Below are positions 23,261-35,657 of a DNA stretch of 64,000 nucleotides, in pieces. The first letter of the stretch is position 1. Every line of letters starts with the position of its first letter. Location of the stretch: contig NW_026781476.1 in the NCBI RefSeq assembly GCF_030144855.1, forward strand, positions 744,001-808,000. The letters are read 5' to 3'. A program made the position numbers and the translations under genes. The notes beneath the pieces were generated by a model that ran no database searches, was not told the DNA's origin, and worked only from the letters and a program-made list of their open reading frames with translations. Source of the stretch: Hypanus sabinus. Its lineage: Eukaryota.

Positions 23261-23714
23261 GGATTTGAGCCCGAGATTGTGTGAATCTGGGCCGGTTGCA
23301 TTGCGCTCTGCGGCTGGAGCAGGGGTGCATTGCCAAGTTTTTGCTGCCGGAGCTGTACGAGGGGTGATTGATAAGCTCGTGGCCTAAGTTAGAAGGCCTG
23401 AAGTTATACAGCTCTCGGTACCTGCACGTGTAGTTCAACTCTTTGTGTGATAATGCAGAAAGTTTGAAATTAATAACTTTTGTGGTATTTCTGTTTCAGA
23501 TAATTGAAAATAGCTAGGATTTGTAAACACAAGGAAATCTGCAGACGCTGGAAAGGTTTTGTAAAATTGACTTCTTCCACCTTCAGCCACGAACTTATCG
23601 ATCACCCCTTGTATGTCACACCCAATTTTTGTACCTGCTCATTTCATGTACTGAACAACTTCCTTGCCCCATTCACGTAACACATATGTAATGAGCAGTT
23701 AGACAAATTGGGTG

Positions 23715-23755
<41 letters not shown>

Positions 23756-24237
23756 TATGAGAATATGGCTTTTTATAATGTCAAGCACTATACCAAGATG
23801 AAAGAAATATATATGAATTCCAGAGCTCCACAGACATATAGTGATAGTTAAGACATAAGTGAAGATTATAGCCAATCACTGCATTTCGGTATATAACTAG
23901 TACAATAAAACATATAATATTTAATTTAATAATATGAATGACAAAGTATCGCACGGTTGCATTCACTACTTATCACAAAATATAATTATCAAGCAAGTTA
24001 ACGTTGTTTGCTTAGGGTTGTTTGTGAGATAAATTTAGTTTTGTATTAGCAAGTAATCCACGGATCACCACAGTCACAGCTCCAGGATTTCACCAAAAAC
24101 AATCAAATAACCTATCCTAATGTTATTAGTGGTAGTTTCCCCACCAGCTGCCAACCCCTCTCCCCTCTCCACTTCCGTAAGATTCCCTCTATTTAATATG
24201 CAGCCGCTGTTAAATTCCCCGCTTGTTTATTTTGACT

Positions 24238-24522
24238 GTGTTTTACAGAGGTGCTGGAGTGGTGCTCCGGTGAGCTCCGACAGCACTGCACCCCTGTTAG
24301 ATCCAAGTAAACTGGACCCGGGGATCAAGCTGTCCCGGTTTATGAGGTGTTGAGCGAGTATTTCTGGTCTGGGATCTAGTGTTTTTTACAGAGGTGCTGG
24401 AGTGGTGCTCCAGTGAGCTCCGGAGGTGCACTGCACCCCTGTTAGATCCAAGTAAACTGGACCCAGGGATCAAGGTGCCCGGGTTTATGAGGTGATGATC
24501 GAGTATTTCTGGTCTGGGATCA
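24238..24522 (+). repeat. ~140-bp tandem duplication including a candidate splice acceptor
   Basis: gtgttttacagaggtgctggagtggtgctcc...tatttctggtctgggatc occurs twice head-to-tail. Confidence 0.9.
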
Positions 24523-25107
24523 GATGTTTGTTTCTGGAGTTCCTTTGTAAGCAATGACTGCCAGTCTGAGGAGGGAATGAGTGCCCATTCCATCCCTCAC
24601 AAGGAGAGGCTATGAGTAAATGGGCTGTTCTGTGTTTGAACCAGTAGAAATAGACTCAGGGGGTTCAGTGTTCAAACTGTGTTTTGAAGTTCCTCCTCGC
24701 TGTCACCTGTCTGTTAGACAGTGGAAATCAAACAGAAACTCAAGTTGCTGGAGATCTGCACTAAAAATGAGAAATTCTGAATCCATTCTGATAAAAGGTT
24801 GTGAACCTGAATCGTTAAATTTGTTGCTCTTCCCACAGCAGTTCCTTACCTGTTGAGCGATTCTGGTGATTCCAGTTTGTTTTTATTACATTCACTCTGG
24901 AATGGTTTAAATTTCCTGATTTAAACTTGGGAATGTGTTCGGTGCAGTTGTTGCTAACAAGGTTCACATGAATAATCTCAGGACTGATCGGCTTTATGTA
25001 TGAGGAGCACTTGATGGTTATGGGGCTGTGCTCGATGGAGTGAAAGGGGTGGGGGTGGTTAAGTAAACCTACCAAAGGCTGAAAAACCTGGGTGCAGTGG
25101 ACATGGA

Positions 25108-26840
25108 CAATCAGAAGCCATGGAATGACCGCAGAGGTGCGTGCGCTGCTGAGGTCCCGCGACTCCGCCTTCAGAGCAGGTTACATGGCGGCTCTAACAA
25201 CAGCGAGGGCCAATCTGTCCCGAGCCATCAGAGGGGCAAAGCGTGCACATGCCCAGCTAATCCACAATTGCTTCCAGGACAGCGGTGATGCGCGGCGCAT
25301 GTGGAAGGGCATCCAGGACATCACCAATTACAGGACAACATCACCTGACTGTGCAGGTGATGCCTTCCTCCCAAACACGCTGAATAACTTATACGCTTGG
25401 TTTGAGGCGGAAAATGACGTGATAGCGAGGAAGTCCACCCCTCCTGCGAATGACCCGGTGCTGTGACTCTCCGTGGCCAATGTGAGAAGAACCCTGTGCA
25501 GGGTCAACCCACGGAAGGCTGCTGGACCAGTCAACATCCCTGGTAGAGTGCTCAGAGGATGTGCAGACCAGCTGGCAGATGTTCTCACTGACATCTTCAA
25601 CATCTCCCTGAGCAGCGCCACCATTCCAATGTGCTTCAAGGCTGCCACCATCGTCCCCGTGCCGAAGAAGTCTCCAGTGTCCTGCCTAAATGACTACCAT
25701 CCTGTTGCACTTACATCCTTTATCATGAAGTGCTTCGAGAGGTTCGTCATGAGGCATATCGAGACCCTGCTGCCCCCCTCACTGGACCCCCTGCAGTTTG
25801 TGTACCGTCCCAACCGCTCAAAAGATGACGCCATTGCCACCACCCTCCACCTGGCCCTAACCCATCTGGACAATAAAGACACATACGTTCAGATGCTGTT
25901 CATAGACTTCAGTTCAGCATTCAACACAATCATCACTCAGGAACTGATTGGAAAGCTGAGCCTACTGGGCCTGAACACCTCCCTCTGCAACTGGATCCTA
26001 GACTTCCTGACTGGGAGACCTCAGTCAGTCCGGATCGGGAGGGCAATCCCCAGGGCTGTGCTCAGTCCACTGCTGTTCACTCTGCTCCTCGGTAGAGATC
26101 GTAAAGAGCACCAAGTTTCTTGGTGTTCACCTGACGGAGAATCTCACCTGGTCCCTCAACACCAGCTCTATAGCAAAGAAAGCCCAGCAGTGTTTCTGCT
26201 TTTTGCGAAGGCTGAGTAGAGTCCATCTCCCCCCACCCCCCCCCCCCCCCCACCCACATCCTCATCACATTCTACAGGGGTTGTATTGAGAGCATTCTGA
26301 GCAGCTGCGTCACTGCTTGGTTCGGAAATTGCACCATCTCGGATCTCAAAACCCTGCAGCGGATGGTGAGGTCAGCTGAGAAGATCATCAGGGTCTCTCT
26401 TCCCACCATCACGGACATTTACACTACACGCTGCATCCGCAAAGGAAGCAGCATTATGAAGGACACCATGCACCCGTCATACAATCTCTTCTCCCTCCTG
26501 CCATCTGGGAAAAGGCTCCGAAGCATTCGGGCTCTTACGATGAGACTATATAACAGTTTCTCCCCACAAGCTATCAGACTCCTCAATACCCGCAGCCTGG
26601 ACTGACACCTTGCTCTACTGACCTGTTTATTATTTATTGTAAGGCCAATACTGTTTTTGTGCATTTTATGCTGTCCAGTGTCGGTCTGTAGTCTAGTGTA
26701 GCATTCTCTGTGTTTTTTTATTTCGTAGTTCAGTCTAGTTTTTGAAATTAACACCATGGTCCTGAAAAACGTCGTCTCATTTTTACTATGTACTGTACCA
26801 GCAGTTATGGTCGAAATGACATAAAAAGTTGACTTGACTT
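25108..26840 (+). mobile_element. 5'-truncated Rex1/Babar LINE with internal deletion
   Basis: RT ORF 25473..26219 ([30 protein letters not shown]), 3' tail gttgacttgacttgac, and TSD gacatgga (25100-25107 / 26841-26848). The empty site is visible at ~54609. Confidence 0.9.
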
Positions 26841-27350
26841 GACATGGAGTGGATGTTTCCATTAGACGGAGAGTCTGTGATCTGACAGCACTGTCTTAGA
26901 ATAAAGATGCTTCCCTTTAAAACTGAGATGAGAAAAATTTCTTCAGCCAAAAGATGGCTGATCTGTGGAATTTGTTGCCACAGAAGTTGGTTGAGGCTGT
27001 CATTTGGGTATATTTATGGCAGAGATTACTATATTCATGATTGCTAAGAAGCTTCAGGGTTACAGGAGGAAGGCAGGAATATGGTGTTGGAATAAATCTC
27101 AGTCATGGTTGAGTGCTGGAGCAGACTCGATGGATCGAATCCCCTAATTCTGTTCCTGCATCTTATATCTGACCATGACTGAACGATGACTCCTTCCTAT
27201 CCCATATCAGGTTCTGTGATGTGTCAGGGACAGTTACCGATTTGTTCACTGAGATCATTATATTTGTCTTCAATGTTTAGGTTTCAGTGAAAAGAAGTGT
27301 TTTGTTCTCCTTTGTATGGATAACGTGATTCATTATCTTCCATGTTAAAG

Positions 27351-27519
27351 TTAGACCTGCTGTGAGAGATTTATTTGAAGAAAAACCCACAACTGGAAGC
27401 AAAGCACGACTGAAGACGAGGGAACAGCAACAAGTGAACCAGCCCGAGGACTGAGAGCATCAACTGGAGAGGACCCATCTGACTCGGAGATTCCAGTGAT
27501 TCAGTCAGGAGAAAGTTTG
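27351..27519 (+). other. Putative 5' exon of the ZNF2 unit
   Basis: Acceptor catgttaaAG and donor agtttg|GTGAGT; paralog of 423-573 and 55132-55299. Confidence 0.55.
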
Positions 27520-28324
27520 GTGAGTCTCACTTACTCAGACACTGGTCCATTAGACTTTACATACCTGTACAAAGGAAGGTAGGGAATAGTTGAGGTGAGA
27601 CTGAATGTGCCCAGAACTGTCAGTTATATCTATCAGACCCAGTTGCAATCGCTCCAGGTCTGGTAATGTACTGTCAGTGTCCCAGCTCTTTAAAGTCACT
27701 CACATTCCCTCAGTGTTTGCTCATTTGAAGAACTTTCATCTTCTGAAGTAGCTTTTGGTCAGTTCTGAGTGTGGAGAGAGAAAGGGGGGTGTTCATATTT
27801 ACTATCTTGCAAAAAGAAGTAATTGTTTACAATTATTTGCTGCAAACTCTCTACCCATACCCTGTACATTCTCAACCAGATTATTGACATCGATGACAAG
27901 TAGCAATGGGTGTCACCCTGGGGAGCTCCAGGAGGCACGGGCCTTGACTCCAATAAACAGCCTCCCGTCATCACCATCTGCTTCCCACCATCGAGCTGTT
28001 CCCGGACGAGATCCTCCCTTGCTTACAACATAATCTGCCCTAGGACCCATCCTCCCGGGTCCGACTGTGTCTGATAACCCACATCTCCAACCTCCTTCCA
28101 CCCCGCCAGTAGACCCATAACCTTCCCCACTATTTACTCCACACCCATACACGTAAACAGATGCACATCACTGACATCCACTCTCACAGGTTGGGGGACC
28201 AGAACTATCTGAACCTATACTCCCGGCCCAGACTATGCAGCCGTCTGGCTCAGTCCTGGCCCTTTCCAACTGCAACCGACCTTCGATTTACGTAAACCTG
28301 TGATCATCGCCACCCAACCAGAAG

Positions 28325-28725
28325 AACATGGAACAATGTTGTGCTGACCCTCAAACCCTGCCTCCCATATCACCCTCCACCTTAAATTCCTCCATATACC
28401 TGTCTAGTAGTCTCTTAAATTTCACTAGTGTATCTGCCTCCACCACTGACTCAGGCAGTGCATTCCACGCACCAAGCACTCTCTGAGTGAAAAACCTTCC
28501 TCTAATATCCCCCTTGAAACTCCCAACCCTTACCTAAAAGCCACGACCTCTTTTATTGAGCAGTGGTGCCCCTCGGAAGAGGCGCTTACTGTCCAGTCTA
28601 TCTATTCCTCTTAATATCTTATACACCTCTATCATGTCTCCTTCTACCTTCCTCCTCTCCAGAGAGTAAAGCCCTAGCTCCCTTAATCTCTGATCATACT
28701 CCATACTCTCTAAACCAGGCAGCAT
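28325..28725 (-). mobile_element. Short CR1 3' end
   Basis: ORF 28534..28725 MLPGLESMEYDQRLRELGLYSLERRKVEGDMIEVYKIL. Confidence 0.85.
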
Positions 28726-29786
28726 TGTCTGTGCATAGAATCTCGACTTCCAATGGACAGAGCAAGTCTCTCCCTACGAGATTATACCCCCGACTGGTGG
28801 TGACTGTAAATGAAACCTCACACTGGTTATCCTGGAATTCCACCTGCAGTGGCTGGGTACTTGAATACGTATGTTCCGTGCCTTCGAACCCAGACAGAGT
28901 GATTGTAGCGTCTGATAGATGGAATCCCTTTTCCGATACTATTTCCTGATCGAGTGTGGTTGTGGTTGCACTCATATCAATCATAAACGGAACTGGATTT
29001 CCAGCAACTTGCAATATTACATTGGGCTCTTCCTGAGGGTTGGAACTCATGGTTGGAAGCATCTTCTTGTCAGTTTCTAAACGGGTTGTTGTCTCCACCT
29101 GCCCCTTGGCCAGTTTTTGCTCCCATTTCTGTTCCTCAGATATAGCCCGCTCGCATCCTTCTTCCCGCTGAGCATATTCACCTTTAATATTAGTTCCCTT
29201 CGGGGTTGATTGTGATTCGAAAGTTGGGTCCTAATGATATGTCAAAGCTCGTCGCATTCGATTTTGGTCATTCCCAGGCCAGGCCATATTATTTGTTTTA
29301 ATCATGTTGGCTAACTTAGTTGGTAAGCATTGGAGCAGTAGGGCATTGAACTGGGGGGACAGATTCCCATCATTAAAGGCTTGGTCTCCTGCGAAGGTGC
29401 CGTAGCAGGCCACAAATCACTCCCAATAGTCTGGTCCCGATTCCCCAGGCTCAGGTTTGCATTCAGGTACTTTAGTGATGTTCACAGGTTGCTGGGGAGC
29501 ACTTTCCAAGGCTTGAATAATCTGGTCTGTCTGTTCATTCTCATTATGGTTTCCCACCTGTAACTCCTGATAGGTTTGGTATCTCAATTCTGTCTTCCAT
29601 TTCTGCCCTTCATCAGCTGAGAGAATCATGCAGGAGAGACCGAATAAATCTTGCAGGGTCGTGTTGAACATTTTTGTAGTACTGTGGACACACTGAACAA
29701 ACTGTGCTGGTTTTTCTTTTCTATCTGGGGCCTGATTTATGATCATGATCATTTCTTGAGGCTTCCAGGGTACATACACAGGAATC
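28720..29786 (-). mobile_element. Endogenous retrovirus fragment (class I, gamma/epsilon-like): capsid + protease
   Basis: One frame with two stops. Capsid-like VYVPWKPQE...PDRKEKPAQF...VPECKPEPGESGPDYWE*F. Protease EEPNVILQVAGNPVPFMIDMSA...YNLVGRDLL (DTGA-site and GRD motifs). Confidence 0.75.
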
Positions 29787-30880
29787 ACCATAAGACAAAG
29801 GAGCAGCAGTCGACCATTCAGCCCATTGAGTCTGCTCCGCCATTTCAACATGAGCTGATCCAATCTCCCCTCGACTCCCATTCCCCCACTGTCTCACCAT
29901 AACCTTTGATGCCCTGACTACTCAGATACCTATCAGTCTCTGCCTTAAATACACCCAACGACTTGACCTGCACTATAAATACAATGCAAATACACCCGAT
30001 GACCCGGCCTCCACTGCCGCCCGTGGCAACAAATTCCATAGATTCACCACCCTCTGGCTAAATTTTTTTTTTTGCATCTCCGTTCTGAATGGGCGCCCTG
30101 CAATCCTCAAGTCATGTCCTCTTGTACTGGACTTGCCCACCATGGGAAACAACTTTGCCACATCCACTCTGTCCATGCCTTTCAGCATTCAAAATATTTC
30201 TATTCTTCTAAACTCATTCTTCTAAACTCCAAGGAGTACAGTCCAAGAGCGGTCAAACATTCCTCATATGTTAACCCTCTCATTCCCAGAATCATTCTAG
30301 TGAACCTTCTCTGAACCCTCTCCAATGTCAGCACATCCTTTCATAAATAAGGAGCCCAAAACTGCACACAGTATTCCAAGTGACGTCTTACCAGTGCCTT
30401 ACAGAGCCTCAACATCACATCCCTGCTGCTATACTCTATTCCTCTAGAAATGAATGCCAATATTGCATTCGCCTTCTTCACCACTGACTCAATATGGAGG
30501 TTAACCTTAAGGGTATCCTGTACGAGGACTCCCAAGTCCCATTGCATTTCAGAACTTTGAATTCTCTCCCCATTCAAATAGCAGACTGCCCGTTTATTTC
30601 TTCTACCGAAGTGCATGACCATACACTTTCCGACATTGTAATTCAATTGCCACTTCTTTGCCCATTCCCCCAATCTATCCAAGTCTCCCTGCAGACTCTC
30701 TGTTTCCTCAGCACGACGGGCCCCTCCACCTATCTTTGTATCATCAGCAAACTTTGCCACAAAGCCATCTATTCCATAATCCAAATCGTTGATATACAAC
30801 ATAAAAAGAAGCGGCCCCAACACGGACCCCTGTGGAACACCACAGATAACTGGCAGCCAACCAGCATGGGATGCCTTTAT

Positions 30881-30984
30881 AAAACAACACACACAAAATG
30901 CTGGTGGAACACAGCAGGCCAAGCAGCATCTATAAGGAGAAGTACTGTCAACGTTTCAGGCCGAGACCCTTCGTCAGGACTCAA
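30881..30984 (-). mobile_element. Penelope-derived ~104-bp insertion with TSD
   Basis: Interrupts the CR1 RT. Flanked by atgggatgcctttat (30866-30880) and atgggattcctttat (30985-30999). Confidence 0.85.
30947..30980 (-). ncRNA. Minimal type I hammerhead ribozyme motif
   Basis: - strand reads GUC CUGACGA AGG-GUCUCGG-CCU GAAA CG UU GAC. Both core boxes are present, with stem II AGG/CCU, stem I GUC/GAC and a palindromic ACGU in place of stem III. Confidence 0.65.
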
Positions 30985-33340
30985 ATGGGATTCCTTTATT
31001 CCCACTCTCTGTTTCCCGCCAATCAACCAACGCACTATCCACGTATGTAACTTTACTGTAATTCCATGGACTCTTATCTTGTTTAGCAGCCTCATGTGTG
31101 GCACCTTGTCAAAGGCCTTCTGAAAATCCAAATACATAACATCCACTGCATCTCCCTTGTCTAGCCTACTTGTGATATCCTCAAAAATTTGCACTAGGTT
31201 TGTCAGGCAGGATTTTCCTTTAAGGAAACCATGCTGAGTTCAGCCTATTGCCATATGCCTCCAGGTTCTCCGTAACCTCATCCTTGACAATGGACTCCAA
31301 CAACTTCCCAACCACCGATGTCAAGATAACAGGTCTATAATTTCCTTTTTGCTTCCTTGCCCCTTTCTTAAGTAGCAGTGTGACATTTGCAGTCTTCCAG
31401 TCCTCTGGAACCATGCCAGAGTCTATTGACATTTGAAAGATCATTGCTAATGCCTCCGCTTCAGAACACGAGGGTGCATTCCATCTGGTCCAGGAGATCT
31501 ATCTACCCTTAGACTATTCAGCTTCCTGAGTACTTCCTCTGTCGGAATTGTGACTGCGCACATTTCTCTTCCCTGACACTCTTGAATGTCTGGTATATTG
31601 CTGATGTCTTCCTCAGTGAAGACTGATGCATAATACTCGTTCAGTTCCTCCGCCATCTCCTTATCTCCCATTACAATTTCTCCAGCATCATTTTTATTAC
31701 TCCTATATCTACTCACACCTGTCTTTTACTCTTTATATACTTGAGAAAGCTTTTAGTATCCTCTTTGATATTGTTTGCTAGCTTCCTTTCGTAGTTCATC
31801 TTTTCCCTCTTAATGACCTTCTTAGTTTCCTTCTGTAAGCTTTTAAAAACTTCACAATCCTCTGTCTTCCCACTAATTTTTGCTTCCTTCTATGCCCTCT
31901 GCTTTTACTTTGGCTTTGACAGTTGCATCCTTTTTCCATTTGAAAATTTCTTCCTCTTTGGAATATATCTGTCCTGCACCTTCCTCACTTCTCACATGAA
32001 CTCCAGCCACTGCTGCTCTGCCGTCCTTCCTGCTAGTGTCCCTTTCCAGTCAACCTTGGCCAGTTCCTTTCTCATGCCACTGTAATTTCCTTTACTCCAC
32101 TGAAATACCGAAACATCGGATTTCAGCTTCTCTTTCTCAAATTTCACAGGAACGCAGTCATGTTGTGATCACTGCCTCCCAAGGGTTCCTTCACTTCCAT
32201 CTCTCTAATTACCTCTGTTTCATCACATAATACCCAATCCAGTACAGCTGATCCCCGAGTGGGCTCAACAACAACCTGTTCTAATAAAGCCATCTCATAG
32301 ACATTCTACAAATTCTCTCTCTTGAGATCCAGTGCTGACCTGATTTTCCCAATCCTCTCGCATGTTAATATCCCCCAAAATTGGAATTCCTTGGAATGTA
32401 GAAGATTGAGGGGAGATTTGACGGAGGCATACCAAAATCATGAGGGTTATAGATGGGGTAAATGCAAGCTGGCTTTTTCCACTGAGATTGGGTGGGACTA
32501 CAACCAGAGGCCATGGGTTAAGGGTGAAAGGTGAAATGTTAAGGGGAACATGAGGAGAAACTTCTTCCACTGACGGTCATCCGGGTGTGGAATGAGCAGA
32601 AAACCCAGCTGGTCCATGCGAGCTCAGTTTCAACTTCTAAGAGGGTTGTATAGGCACCTGGAGGGCAGGGGTACAGGAGCAGACAGTTTAAATAGTTCAA
32701 CACAAACCAGATGGGCCAAAGGGCCTGATTCTGTGTTGTGCTTTTCTATGACTGTGACAAGAACCTGAAATAATATGATTATTCTTTTAATTCCTTTTAT
32801 CAGCTGTGCGGACCAACCATTCATCTGGGCAGGAAACGTTTACATGGCTTCAAAACTGTGGCACTTTACATTGACAATAGATAAAAGAAAATCCCAGCTG
32901 CACGTCAACAAAGGGTATTTGTGTGAGAGTGTTCAGTTACTTTGCGGACAGGCACTCTTGCAGCTCAGTGGGAACATGGAATAATACCAATGGAGAGAGT
33001 CAAACTGAGCCAGGTCACAGATTGGAGATGGCAGAAATGCCCCATTCTTATAGACACAGGAAGATCATCAGAGAGTTTGATGGTCATTCCAGATAGCTGC
33101 ACTGTGCCCAGTTAGAAGATGATTTCTCTCTCCAACTTGGGTTGAACTTCACTGTAACAGTGTGATACCAGATCACACCTTGACAACTCAAGTAATCTCG
33201 TCTGACATATTGTCCTTCACCCATTGATGTCCTATAAATCTTTTTCAGGTTAAAAACGACAAGGATATTATCTACGGGGAGGTCGAACACAACACGCTGT
33301 TTTTTTGTCTATGTCCAGATATTTAAGAAGTGGAACAAAG

Positions 33341-33700
33341 GATTCACTCGATCATCATTCCTACTCAGACTGTGGGGAGTGATTCACTCGATCATCATTC
33401 CTACTCAGACTGTGGGGAGTGATTCACTCGATCATCATTCCTACTCAGACTGTGGGGAGTGATTCACTCGATCATCATTCCTACTCAGACTGTGGGGAGT
33501 GATTCACTCGATCATCATTCCTACTCAGACTGTGGGGAGTGATTCACTCGATCATCATTCCTACTCAGACTGTGGGGAGTGATTCACTCGATCATCATTC
33601 CTACTCAGACTGTGGGGAGTGATTCACTCGATCATCATTCCTACTCAGACTGTGGGGAGTGATTCACTCAATCATTATTCCTATTCGGACTGTGGGGAGT
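33341..33700 (+). repeat. 40-bp minisatellite, 9 copies, derived from a degenerate finger
   Basis: gattcactcgatcatcattcctactcagactgtggggagt occurs as 8 identical copies plus 1 variant. Single copy in the paralogous exons. Confidence 0.97.
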
Positions 33701-33938
33701 GATTCATCGATCATCTGACTGACTGGCATGCTGTCAATTTACACGGAGGGAATCCATTTATCTGCTCAGACTGTGGGAATGGATTCAGTCGGTCATTTCA
33801 ACTGAAGGTACATCAGCTGGAAGGCCATTCACCTGTTCTGTGGGTGAGAATGGATTGAGACGGTCTTCCTGCCTGTTGGATACACCAGTCAGTGCACATT
33901 GAATTTGCGGGGAAGGATTCAGTCAGTCATCTGATCTA

Positions 33939-34709
33939 ATGGCTCACCAGCAAGTTCACACTGGGGAGCGGCCGTTCACCTGCTCGGACTGTGGGAAGGG
34001 ATTCACGTTGTCAGCTCACCTACTGAGACATCAGTCAGTTCACACTGGTGAGAGGCCATTCTCCTGCTCTGACTGCAGGAAAACATTCACTTCGTCATCT
34101 GAACTTAAGGTACATCAACGAGCTCACACTGGGGAGAAGCCGTTCATCTGCTCAGACTGTGGGAAAGGATTCAGTTCATCATCTAACCTTAAAGTGCATC
34201 AGCGAGTTCACACTGGGGAGCAACCGTTCACCTGCTCAGACTGTGGGAAAGAATGCACTTCATCATTCCAACTTAAGATACGTCAGCGAGTTCACACTGG
34301 GGAGAGGCCGCTCACCTGCTCAGACTGTGGGAAAGGATTCACTTCATCATCTAATCTAAAGCTACATCAGCGAGTTCACACTGGGGAGAGGTCGTTCACC
34401 TGCTTAGACTGTGGGAAGGCGTTCACACAGTTTGCTACCCTACAAGCACACCGGTCAGTTCACAGTGGGGAGAAGCCATTCACCTGCTCAGACTGTGGGA
34501 AAGGATTCACTTTGTCATATAAACTTAAGGTACATCAGCGAGTTCACACTGGGGAGAGGCCGTTCACCTGCTCAGACTGTGGGAAAGGATTCACTCAGTC
34601 ATCCCACCTGCGAGCACACTACTCAGTTCACACCAGGGAGACTCTGGACACCTGCTCGGACTTTGGGAAGAGATTCTCTCAGCCAAATCAACCAAATGTG
34701 CATCATTGA
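33939..34709 (+). CDS. ZNF2: C2H2 zinc-finger protein, 256 aa, 8 finger repeats (fourth has His->Arg) plus a degenerate ninth
   Basis: 28-aa repeats; acceptor tttttcAG ends at 33248; AATAAA at ~34908. Confidence 0.85.
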   Translation: MAHQQVHTGERPFTCSDCGKGFTLSAHLLRHQSVHTGERPFSCSDCRKTFTSSSELKVHQRAHTGEKPFICSDCGKGFSSSSNLKVHQRVHTGEQPFTCSDCGKECTSSFQLKIRQRVHTGERPLTCSDCGKGFTSSSNLKLHQRVHTGERSFTCLDCGKAFTQFATLQAHRSVHSGEKPFTCSDCGKGFTLSYKLKVHQRVHTGERPFTCSDCGKGFTQSSHLRAHYSVHTRETLDTCSDFGKRFSQPNQPNVHH

Positions 34710-35657
34710 GTTGACCATTCACTGGATGTGTGTCAATCACCGTTAGTGAATGCAACTTCGAGAGTGACTGTCGGTGCTGAACTCTGCAATTATTGCTGCT
34801 GCTCACCACACCCAGTTCTGCACTCTGGTCACTGGGCATGGGAGGAGTTTCTTCTGCTGCATATTCACCTTTAATGGGACTGGAGTTTGATATTCTGGAT
34901 ATGTGCAAATAAATCAGTTCTATTTTAAACTCTGTCTTTGGTACTTAGTGCATTTATAACACACCTCGTGTACAGTAGAGAGTCAACTCAGGCCGCCTGG
35001 AGCTTGCCAGAGTTTCAACTACACGACAGACCTTTTAAATCCTTCCCTGTTGTTCCCCTCTCGCTCTCCCTGTGGGATGGGTTCCAAACAGTCATCACTC
35101 TGTGGGTGAAGAGGTTTCCCTTGAATTCTCTGCAGACTGAAGAAGTCGAGCTGACTGCAGTTCTGTCTCAGATGTCCTTTGTCCCTCTAATCTCTGGGCT
35201 CAGGAAGAATGACATTGGGAGTTAACCTCCTTATTTAGGGCTCATTTCCACATTATGGGTCATTTTCCCTGCTTCTAAAGTGTTGTTAGAGAACACCACT
35301 GTCCTCTAAAGACTGAAAGCAGAATGGGAAACCATCTGTTGGATGTTCAACGGAGCAGGGTCAGAAACCAGAGGCAGGTCTGCACAGGGCAGAGTGTGGG
35401 GCTCCGGGAAATGGTTGGGGTAAGAACGGATCATGAGAAGGGAATCAGCAGCAGGGAGTGGAAACGAATAACAGAGTAGGGACATGTCGAAGCTGATTGA
35501 CAGAAAATAATTCGGTTGTCTGACTGATGACACAAGCAATACCTGCTGTGAGGTGCTCCATTGGTCAAGGGAAATGTGGGTGTTGGGAATGGTTATATCT
35601 ATTGAGGGAGTTAGTCCTGCTTGTTTATCCTGTAATATAACTTCTGGATGGTTATTA

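Larger units (their letters stand above)
29787..32378 (-). mobile_element. CR1 LINE, ~2.6 kb, degenerate ORF2
   Basis: GVPQGSVLGPLLF, KFADDTK, YLDFQKAFDKVPH, RSPGPDG motifs, plus a 3' end ccataagac...gccattcagccc. Confidence 0.92.

Noticed and set aside
27351-33330. In-frame splicing of the conserved 5' exon into the finger array
   Set aside because: Phase-0 joining to the 33249 acceptor reaches TAA after 25 codons, and this copy of the exon lacks the ATG.
33341-33700. CRISPR-like array of identical repeats
   Set aside because: Units are contiguous with no spacers, derive from zinc-finger sequence, and the context is vertebrate with no cas genes.
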